IMG/VR virus record: IMGVR_UViG_3300027798_000153 | Location: 1-30,927 of that record | DNA: 30,927 nt | Source: a virus | Lineage: Duplodnaviria; Caudoviricetes | Reading direction: 5' to 3' (one strand) | In this document: piece by piece, positions 1-5,590 of the stretch | Numbering within the stretch: position 1 is the first letter of the stretch | Layout of the letters: each line of letters opens with the position of its first letter | Notes under the pieces: generated by a model | Databases searched by the model: none | Told to the model about the DNA's origin: nothing | Seen by the model: only the letters and a program-made list of their open reading frames with translations | Translations under genes and position numbers: made by a program

Positions 1-4
1 ATTC

Positions 5-135
5 TTGACACGCAGGCCAAAATTATGGTATAATTTTGGCGCAGCAAAATGTAATACTTTTGTTTCCAAAAAATTCTGCAAACAAAAGTATACATTTTCA
101 GGCACAAAAAAGCCCCTACAAAATGCAGGGGCTTT
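5..135 (+). repeat. Promoter-hairpin element copy 1 (putative sRNA locus / operator array)
   Basis: TTGACA(5-10)-18 bp-TATAAT(29-34), extended -10 TG. The -10 lies inside palindrome CCAAAATTAT-GGT-ATAATTTTGG, followed by GGCGC. Hairpin 46-98 has arms AAAATGTAATACTTTTGTTT / AAACAAAAGTATACATTTT, then terminator 106-135. Confidence 0.85.
106..135 (-). terminator. Intrinsic terminator after A2-like gene (possibly bidirectional)
   Basis: AAAAAAGCCCCTACAAAATGCAGGGGCTTT: GC stem with a T6 tract on the minus strand and T3 on the plus strand. Confidence 0.75.
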
Positions 136-149
136 GTAAGCCTTTCGGC

Positions 150-482
150 TTAGATTGGCTTGGAATTTGCCAAGGCTTCAAAAATTGCACGAAGTGCATT
201 TTTATTGGCTTTTGTAAGCGATTCAATATCATTTTCGGGCATTTTCAAAATTGCCCCGATTGCATCGGCGTGGGCGTCTTTTTTGACCACGGCTTCGCCA
301 GTTTTGGTTTTGTATTCTTTTGCCTTATAGACTTTTTCACGCGACAATTTTGCAACCACAGAGCGCACAGTTTTGCCCATGCTCTCGGCGATTGTTTCCA
401 CAGTCACGCCCGATTGATAATCGGCAACCATTTTTGCAGTTTGCTCGGGAGTGTAATTAACAGATTTGCTAGTCATTTTCAT
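150..482 (-). CDS. T5 A2-like pre-early DNA-binding protein, paralog 1
   Basis: N-terminal NYTPEQT..MVADY, HTH-like TIAESMGKTVRSVVAKLSREKVY and C-terminal ESLTKA resemble T5 A2 as recalled. AAGGA RBS; start may be the ATG at 476. About 69% identical to 4676..4999. Confidence 0.75.
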   Translation of the reverse strand: MKMTSKSVNYTPEQTAKMVADYQSGVTVETIAESMGKTVRSVVAKLSREKVYKAKEYKTKTGEAVVKKDAHADAIGAILKMPENDIESLTKANKNALRAIFEALANSKPI

Positions 483-498
483 TTTCCTTTAAAATTAA

Positions 499-526
499 AT
501 TATACCACAGATTTTCAGATTTTCAA
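499..526 (-). promoter_or_regulatory. sigma70 promoter of A2-like paralog 1
   Basis: Minus strand TTGAAA-16 bp-TATAAT with extended -10 (TGG-TATAAT), upstream of the AAGGA RBS. Confidence 0.65.
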
Positions 527-534
527 GAGATTTT

Positions 535-750
535 TTAAAAAAAGTTGTTGTAAATTCCCAACAAATTTGCAATAAAAAAAGTGCCGTTCAAAACGCCAAG
601 GGCTTTATCACGTTTTACAAAAGCCACGCAAAGCCAAGCCAAAGAACCAAAAGTAAACAAAACATAGCCGATTTGAAACATTTTGGTTGCAACAGCAAAT
701 GAACCCAAAATACTTGCAACAGTACCGAACCAAGAAACAAAAGTAATCAT
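535..750 (-). CDS. Small 3-TM membrane protein (PnuC/SemiSWEET-like size and topology)
   Basis: 71 aa with three hydrophobic segments. Start overlaps the stop of the upstream SprT-like gene (ATGA). Confidence 0.65.
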   Translation of the reverse strand: MITFVSWFGTVASILGSFAVATKMFQIGYVLFTFGSLAWLCVAFVKRDKALGVLNGTFFIANLLGIYNNFF

Positions 751-1127
751 TTTCTAGAAATCTCCATTGTGTGATAAAAATCTGGTTTAAGCCCATATTT
801 TACCATAATTTCACGCCATTTTTGACCATGCCCACAAATTAATTCAGAATCTCCGAATAGGTCAAAATCGGCTTGATGAATAATCTCATGCGGCAGAATT
901 TGTGAAACCATTTGTTTGCAGTAATTATCGGAATGTAAGAAAAATTTATAACCAATTTTGACAATTCTGTCGTCTTGGTGACACATTCCAGCGGTACGCC
1001 ACAAACGCCCGCACAATTTAATTGTGGGCGGGTTAAAATTGCATAATTTAGGATAAATTTCGCAAAGCGAATCCCAAATAATTGCAGTCTCAGCAATTAG
1101 CAGTTTTTCGAGTGTTTTTCTTTCCAT
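747..1127 (-). CDS. SprT-like zinc metalloprotease
   Basis: RLWRTAG..., ILPHEIIH (HExxH) and GHGQKWR are SprT-family motifs. Start reassigned to ATG 1127, 6 nt after TATAAT (1134-1139). Confidence 0.8.
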   Translation of the reverse strand: MERKTLEKLLIAETAIIWDSLCEIYPKLCNFNPPTIKLCGRLWRTAGMCHQDDRIVKIGYKFFLHSDNYCKQMVSQILPHEIIHQADFDLFGDSELICGHGQKWREIMVKYGLKPDFYHTMEISRK

Positions 1128-1194
1128 GCGTAAATTATACAACAAAAAAGCCCAAAAATAATAACCCTACAAAAAATAAGTTAATTTATTTTGC

Positions 1195-1324
1195 TTGACA
1201 CGCACCCCAAAATTATGGTATAATTTTGGCGCCGCAAAATGTAATACTTTTGTTTCCAATTTTTTCTGGAAACAAAAGTATTCATTTTATTTTTGGCAAA
1301 ATAAAAAGCCCCGAAGGGCTTTTT
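1195..1324 (+). repeat. Promoter-hairpin element copy 2
   Basis: TTGACA(1195-1200)-18-TATAAT(1219-1224); first ~65 nt nearly identical to copy 1. Hairpin 1236-1288, terminator 1303-1324. Confidence 0.85.
1303..1324. terminator. Bidirectional intrinsic terminator
   Basis: AAAAAGCCC-CGAA-GGGCTTTTT, with a T5 tract on both strands. Confidence 0.85.
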
Positions 1325-1331
1325 AAAAATG

Positions 1332-1589
1332 TTAACTTTTGTTTCTTGTGGGTTTAATTTTGTAAAACAAAATAACTAAAAGAAAAATCAGATTAGCAGT
1401 ATAATTGAAAACCAAAGGCCACAAAAGTGTTGGCAAAACGTAAACAAAAGTAAACACCTCACCAAAAAACCACATTCCCAAAAATCCCCATGTTAAGCCG
1501 TCAGAATTTTTTGTGCGGTAACTTTCCACGGCTTGAGGCAACCCGCAAAACGCAAAAAGAACAGAACCAAGCCAGCCGATAATTTCCAT
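1332..1589 (-). CDS. PQ-loop / SemiSWEET-like membrane protein
   Basis: IIGWLGSVLFAFCGLPQAVESYRTKNSDGLT is the classic PQ-loop pattern; three TM helices; GGGG RBS. Confidence 0.8.
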   Translation of the reverse strand: MEIIGWLGSVLFAFCGLPQAVESYRTKNSDGLTWGFLGMWFFGEVFTFVYVLPTLLWPLVFNYTANLIFLLVILFYKIKPTRNKS

Positions 1590-1624
1590 TTTTAACCCCT
1601 ATAAATTTCGTCTACTGTAAGTGT

Positions 1625-1633
1625 ATTATACCA
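1625..1633 (-). promoter_or_regulatory. Extended -10 promoter of PQ-loop gene
   Basis: Minus strand TGG-TATAAT about 35 nt upstream of the ATG. Confidence 0.55.
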
Positions 1634-1721
1634 CGATTCAAAAGAAAATTCATCGTTTAATTTTTTATCGTTGTATAAATGCAACAGCAAGGCAAAACAC
1701 CACAAAATTCTCATGTTATTA

Positions 1722-1745
1722 AATGTAACCCTTTCGGGTTACATT
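1722..1745 (-). terminator. Hairpin / probable terminator after exonuclease gene
   Basis: Minus strand AATGTAACCC-GAAA-GGGTTACATT, a perfect 10-bp stem with GNRA loop, 6 nt after the stop. Confidence 0.65.
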
Positions 1746-1751
1746 CCTAGT

Positions 1752-2450
1752 TTACTTGGCTTGAAAGTGGTCACGGGTTTGAAATTCGCGCCAGTTGTAA
1801 GGTGTAACCTTTTGTTTCCAATCGCGTTTTTTGATAATCTCGCGTAAAATCGGCAATTCAAAATCGCGCGCATCTTCGAGTGCGGTATGCGGTTCATCTT
1901 TAAAATCGCCAGTAATAAAACCGCAAACAATCTCGGCGTTTGTTTTGAAAGTCATATTGCCAAATTCAGTCGGGGCATTGAACGCATGATTTTCTAGGCA
2001 AAATTGTTTGAATTTTTTAGTATTGCAAACATTACCAACAGCCGCTTGCCACAAACAAAAGTTCTCAGAAAAGCCGTCTAAGTTAATACCTGTGTTTGCG
2101 CATTTTGATTTGTCAAAAGCCAAATTGTAAGCGGTCAAAATTGGGTTATACTTGCCGATGGCTTGATTAATCCAGTTATTGATTGCAGAAACAGAAGCTA
2201 ACATTCTAGAACCAGAATTAAGCATTTCGTTGTATTTTGTGCGTTTGTCTTTTGCATATTGCAACGACCACAAACCTTTTGCATTTTTATCATAAAATAA
2301 TTCGTGCGCGTCAAATTGGTCTTTTACCAAAACCGCGCATTGATTGTAAATTTTGCCTTCGCGGTCACAAATTACAATCGCAAAATCGGCCACAGTGTCG
2401 GCAATAGTGGTTTCAGTGTCAAGAATCGCAAAGAATTGTTTTTTAGCCAT
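1752..2450 (-). CDS. DEDDh (DnaQ-like) 3'-5' exonuclease
   Basis: ExoI ILDTETT, ExoII AYNLAFD, ExoIII HTALEDA. GGA RBS; TATAAT at 2513-2518 on the minus strand. Confidence 0.85.
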   Translation of the reverse strand: MAKKQFFAILDTETTIADTVADFAIVICDREGKIYNQCAVLVKDQFDAHELFYDKNAKGLWSLQYAKDKRTKYNEMLNSGSRMLASVSAINNWINQAIGKYNPILTAYNLAFDKSKCANTGINLDGFSENFCLWQAAVGNVCNTKKFKQFCLENHAFNAPTEFGNMTFKTNAEIVCGFITGDFKDEPHTALEDARDFELPILREIIKKRDWKQKVTPYNWREFQTRDHFQAK

Positions 2451-2606
2451 TTTGTTTCCAATTACCGATACAGTCGGAATTCGCTGATTGATTCTCTTGA
2501 ACCAATGAAAAGATTATACAACAAAAACCCGAAAAAATCCGTTTTCACCTAAAATAATTTAAATAATTTATTTTGTTGTATTTTGGCGAAATTAGGGTTT
2601 ACCCTA

Positions 2607-2716
2607 TTGACTCCCGCGCAATTTTACTAGTAAAATTGGCGCCTTTGGAAACAAAAGTATTCATTTTAAAAATGTTACCTTTTGTTTCCAAAAAGAAAAG
2701 CCCCTTTCGGGGCTTG
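2607..2716 (+). repeat. Promoter-hairpin element copy 3
   Basis: TTGACT(2607-2612)-18-TAAAAT(2631-2636) inside perfect palindrome CAATTTTACTAGTAAAATTG, then GGCGC. Hairpin 2644-2692 has its arms in swapped order versus copies 1 and 2. Terminator 2690-2716. Confidence 0.8.
2690..2716 (-). terminator. Intrinsic terminator after dmp-like gene
   Basis: Minus strand AAGCCCC-GAAA-GGGGCTT followed by TTCTTTTT. Confidence 0.8.
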
Positions 2717-2718
2717 GA

Positions 2719-3195
2719 TTAGTGGCCTTGAACGCTTGGCACATACACGCCGCGAATATTAAACCTATCACAAACGGCTTTTAGATAGCTAATATTATCT
2801 TCGTAAAAAACAAATTCAGCATTTTTGAAAGTTACCAAATTAAAGAATTTTGTCAAGCCATTAATTTTTAGCGTTTTGCCTGAAATATCCGAACCCTTGG
2901 GGCGTGAGATAAAATAATCGGGCATACCCAAAATATTTTCTACAAATTGCCAATCTGGGTCATTCATCACGCGAGCCGTGGCAATAATAACATAACAATT
3001 TTCGTCTGCTAAGTCTTGGCGGTATTGTTCAAACATTGGTAACAAACCATCATCCATCGCGCGGTATTCATTTTCGCGCCAGTGGTCTAAGTCGATTCGC
3101 GTACCATTTTCATCCGTGATTGTGCGGTAGCGGTGAGAAGAATCAACGATTGTGCCATCCATGTCATAAATTGCAACGCGTGAGATTTTAGCCAT
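2719..3195 (-). CDS. dmp: HAD-family deoxynucleoside 5'-monophosphatase (T5 Dmp-like)
   Basis: ISRVAIYDMDGTIVDSSHR (HAD motif I, close to the T5 Dmp N-terminus as recalled), ATAR (II), K (III), YEDN (IV). Start reassigned to ATG 3195 with GAGGG RBS, 1 nt after the stop of the micro-ORF. Confidence 0.75.
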   Translation of the reverse strand: MAKISRVAIYDMDGTIVDSSHRYRTITDENGTRIDLDHWRENEYRAMDDGLLPMFEQYRQDLADENCYVIIATARVMNDPDWQFVENILGMPDYFISRPKGSDISGKTLKINGLTKFFNLVTFKNAEFVFYEDNISYLKAVCDRFNIRGVYVPSVQGH

Positions 3196-3196
3196 T

Positions 3197-3325
3197 TTAT
3201 TTGCCCTCAGAAAAGAATTGTTCAATAGCCGAATTATACTCCACAATGGTAGCAAAAGCAAGCCCGTGGCGGTCACAAAATCTGTGAAATCGGTTTAATT
3301 GGGTTTTAGTGTATTTTGTTTTCAT
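3197..3325 (-). CDS. 42-aa hypothetical protein (not in ORF track), probably leaderless
   Basis: MKTKYTKTQLNRFHRFCDRHGLAFATIVEYNSAIEQFFSEGK*. ATG is 6 nt after TATAAT (3332-3337); stop abuts the dmp start. Confidence 0.7.
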   Translation of the reverse strand: MKTKYTKTQLNRFHRFCDRHGLAFATIVEYNSAIEQFFSEGK

Positions 3326-3415
3326 GTGTAGATTATAGCAACAAAAACGGCAAAAAACCATTTTCATCATTGAAAAAATTAATCGGGGCGATAGCGAAAA
3401 TAAATCGCAAAACCC

Positions 3416-3504
3416 TTGACAAGTCCCAAAATTATATGGTATAATTTTGGCGCCCCAAAATGAGAAACAAAAGTTCTCATTTTGGTTTTGGAAACAAAAG
3501 TATT
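3416..3504 (+). repeat. Promoter-hairpin element copy 4
   Basis: TTGACA(3416-3421)-18-TATAAT(3440-3445) inside CCAAAATTATA-TGG-TATAATTTTGG, then GGCGC. Hairpin CCAAAATGAGAA-ACAAAAG-TTCTCATTTTGG (3455-3485); second motif copy at 3492. Confidence 0.85.
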
Positions 3505-3697
3505 AAAAAGGCAAATTGTCTTCTAAAACCCTTTCCCAATCATTTGCAGTAATTAGCATTAAAAATGCTAAAAAATAAACAGTTATGAAAACAAAAGGTA
3601 ACATTAGAAAAGTCCACAAAATAAGAATTGGGTTTCTCAATTTCATGCTTTTGTAATACCAATTACCGCCTTTTATTTCAAAATTTCCGATTTTCAT
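3503..3697 (-). CDS. Small membrane protein
   Basis: 64 aa with one long hydrophobic segment; ATGA overlap with the upstream gene. Confidence 0.65.
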   Translation of the reverse strand: MKIGNFEIKGGNWYYKSMKLRNPILILWTFLMLPFVFITVYFLAFLMLITANDWERVLEDNLPF

Positions 3698-4035
3698 TTC
3701 AGCCCCTTAGCTAAGACAATAATATCTTCTTCGTTTAGTGTCACTGGGTCGCCGTGTTGCGCTAACAAAAGCAATTTTTTAGCGTGGTCTAAGTCGCCCC
3801 AAGCGTATTGTGAGCGCCAGCCCCAGCAATCGGAATTATCTAGCGCCTTAATCGCTTGCTCGCGTGTTGGCCAATAAAACCCGCGCCAGCCTAGCGAACG
3901 TCTCGCCATTTTGTAAGCAATAGCGGCTTCATCCCATTTTTCACGATGTGCCATAATTTTAGCAATTACGGCTTTGCACGCCGCTATAACCTTTGCCGAA
4001 TCCATTACGATAGTTGCCATTTTAAACCCAATCAA
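3694..4035 (-). CDS. Hypothetical protein
   Basis: 113 aa, 4-nt overlaps with both neighbours; alternative start ATG at 4020. Confidence 0.7.
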   Translation of the reverse strand: MIGFKMATIVMDSAKVIAACKAVIAKIMAHREKWDEAAIAYKMARRSLGWRGFYWPTREQAIKALDNSDCWGWRSQYAWGDLDHAKKLLLLAQHGDPVTLNEEDIIVLAKGLK

Positions 4036-4382
4036 AAAGAAACAATATCAACATTATAGCACGTTTTGAAATAGTTTCGCCAAGCGGTAAAACCAGAATC
4101 AGTATCATGCCCCAAATCTCGCTCAGTCTCTAATTGCCAAGCGTGGACGTATTCATGCGCTAATGTGGTAAACAAATCCTCATCTGTCTTAACCTCAGAA
4201 GTCGCAATGCGAATTCTATGCGAGAATTTTTTAGCAGAGATTTTATAACCCTCATACATACCCATGCACGAATCACCATCAAAGCGCAAAACCTTAGTTT
4301 TTGATAAATTAATTCGTGATTTTAATTTGAATTCATCTTGCAAGATTAATTCAAAGAGTCGCATTGTATCCGATTTTATCAT
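4032..4382 (-). CDS. SprT-like / HExxH zinc metalloprotease, second copy
   Basis: TLAHEYVHAWQ...GHD..F..WR. Start reassigned to ATG 4382, just after the stop of the micro-ORF. Confidence 0.75.
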   Translation of the reverse strand: MIKSDTMRLFELILQDEFKLKSRINLSKTKVLRFDGDSCMGMYEGYKISAKKFSHRIRIATSEVKTDEDLFTTLAHEYVHAWQLETERDLGHDTDSGFTAWRNYFKTCYNVDIVSF

Positions 4383-4384
4383 TC

Positions 4385-4522
4385 TCAAAGTCCAATCTGT
4401 GAGCAAAGCCAGTCGTCAAATTCTGTATCAGTCCAAACCCATGCAGGGCATGAATTCATTATAGCATCATAGTATGCGCCCGACATACCCCAAATCGCAT
4501 AAATTCTGTCTTGTTTGTTCAT
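4385..4522 (-). CDS. 45-aa Trp/acidic hypothetical protein (not in ORF track), probably leaderless
   Basis: MNKQDRIYAIWGMSGAYYDAIMNSCPAWVWTDTEFDDWLCSQIGL*. TTGAAC-18-TATAAT(4529-4534), then 6 nt, then ATG. Confidence 0.7.
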   Translation of the reverse strand: MNKQDRIYAIWGMSGAYYDAIMNSCPAWVWTDTEFDDWLCSQIGL

Positions 4523-4592
4523 GTGATTATTATACATCAAAAAAGCAAAAAAGTTCAAGTGTGTAAAAATACAACATTAGGGGAAATACCTA

Positions 4593-4677
4593 TTGACAAT
4601 CCCCAATTTTATGTGATAAAATTGGCGCCTCCAACCGCAAACAAAAGTATTCGTTTGCGGTTGGAAACAAAAGTATT
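4593..4677 (+). repeat. Promoter-hairpin element copy 5
   Basis: TTGACA(4593-4598)-18-TAAAAT(4617-4622) inside CCAATTTTAT-GTG-ATAAAATTGG, then GGCGC. Hairpin TCCAACCGCAAAC-AAAAGTATTC-GTTTGCGGTTGGA (4630-4665); second motif at 4665. Confidence 0.85.
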
Positions 4678-4999
4678 AAACTTTTTCGGCCTTGATAAAA
4701 TCGGCAATCTTTGCCAATGCTACCTTGTTGGCCTTAGTGAGCGATTCTGTATCCGCCTCAGTCAAGCCCAAAGCCTCGCCGATAAAATCAGCGTGTGCAT
4801 CTTTTTTAATCACAGCCTCACCCGTCTTAGTGGTGTAAGTCTTAGCGACATAAACCTTTTCGCGTGAAAGTTTCGCAACAACAGAGCGAACAGATTTACC
4901 CAAAGCCTCAGCGATGGATTCAACAGTTGCGCCCTGAGCATAATCAGCAACCATTTTAGCGGTCATCTCTGGGGTGTAGTTTACAGTTTTTGCAGTCAT
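4676..4999 (-). CDS. T5 A2-like pre-early DNA-binding protein, paralog 2
   Basis: Same motifs as 150..482; strong AGGAG RBS. Confidence 0.75.
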   Translation of the reverse strand: MTAKTVNYTPEMTAKMVADYAQGATVESIAEALGKSVRSVVAKLSREKVYVAKTYTTKTGEAVIKKDAHADFIGEALGLTEADTESLTKANKVALAKIADFIKAEKV

Positions 5000-5047
5000 T
5001 TTATTTTCTCCTGAAAGGTCAAGGTTAAGGTTTCATCACGAACACAA

Positions 5048-5076
5048 AGTATAGCACAAAAGGCAGAGCGATACAA
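5048..5076 (-). promoter_or_regulatory. sigma70 promoter of A2-like paralog 2
   Basis: Minus strand TTGTAT-17-TATACT with extended -10 TG. Confidence 0.7.
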
Positions 5077-5109
5077 GCCGCAAAACCGATAGCATCTATA
5101 AATTCTTTT

Positions 5110-5283
5110 TTAGTCATATATCACATCCAAAATTTGATTGTTCATTATAACATAATAAACAACAGTAGAGAAGCCCACGTCACACATAAATGTATTGTCA
5201 CGGGTACGCTTGATATTACGAGCGTCTGCTTGGTTTGCAAGGATTAGCTCGCTTGCCTTAGTGAAGTCTTGTTTCGTTTCCAT
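5110..5283 (-). CDS. 57-aa hypothetical protein (not in ORF track), probably leaderless
   Basis: METKQDFTKASELILANQADARNIKRTRDNTFMCDVGFSTVVYYVIMNNQILDVIYD*. TTGGCA-16-TATACT(5290-5295), then 6 nt, then ATG. Confidence 0.7.
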   Translation of the reverse strand: METKQDFTKASELILANQADARNIKRTRDNTFMCDVGFSTVVYYVIMNNQILDVIYD

Positions 5284-5590
5284 GTGATTAGTATATCACA
5301 AAATTAGACCTTGCCAAGTCTTTTTACAATTATTTTCTAGGTGTTTACCCTAAGTAGTAGAAGGTTTACATATGTAGTACCTTTGTTTGCAGAACATATT
5401 AGAAACAAAAGTATTAGACAGGGCGGTTATCAGACACGCTTTTTCACACACGCCTATGGACCCACCCACATGCGGCCTATGAGGTATTTTTTCAAAACAC
5501 AATAAGGTGCGCATGAAATCCGCGCCCAGCGCTTGACCCTAAATCGCCCCAACTACCCCAAGCGTCCCAACCTGCACAAAAATTTTCAAC

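Noticed and set aside
38-135. tRNA-like gene (transcripts would start GGCGC)
   Set aside because: No cloverleaf, no TTCRA T-loop in context and no acceptor-stem pairing.
36-575. 179-aa + strand ORF directly downstream of the unit 1 promoter
   Set aside because: TTG start overlapping the TSS region with no RBS; runs through a terminator; antisense to the A2-like gene; Cys/Phe/His-rich shadow composition; the other four units have no equivalent ORF.
3196-3276. N-terminal extension of the Dmp-like ORF (likewise 1128..1145 and 4383..4406 for the SprT-like ORFs)
   Set aside because: The extensions overlap the micro-ORFs or the promoters; the downstream ATGs fit motif position and coupling better.
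5-4677. CRISPR array interpretation of the repeats (GTTTCCA...TGGAAAC resembles some repeat ends)
   Set aside because: Units are 0.8-1.4 kb apart and separated by genes, with no constant repeat-spacer period and no cas genes. A solitary-repeat mimic cannot be excluded but is not supported beyond 6-7 nt ends.
5-4677. Integron attC or MITE interpretation of the cassette boundaries
   Set aside because: No consistent RYYYAAC...GTTRRRY ends, target-site duplications, integrase or transposase in the window. The repeats could still mediate homologous cassette shuffling.
608-4867. Track ORFs 608..796, 839..1096, 1739..1930, 2304..2552, 4264..4464, 4511..4867
   Set aside because: They overlap better-supported genes in other frames or strands and show no RBS or recognisable motif.
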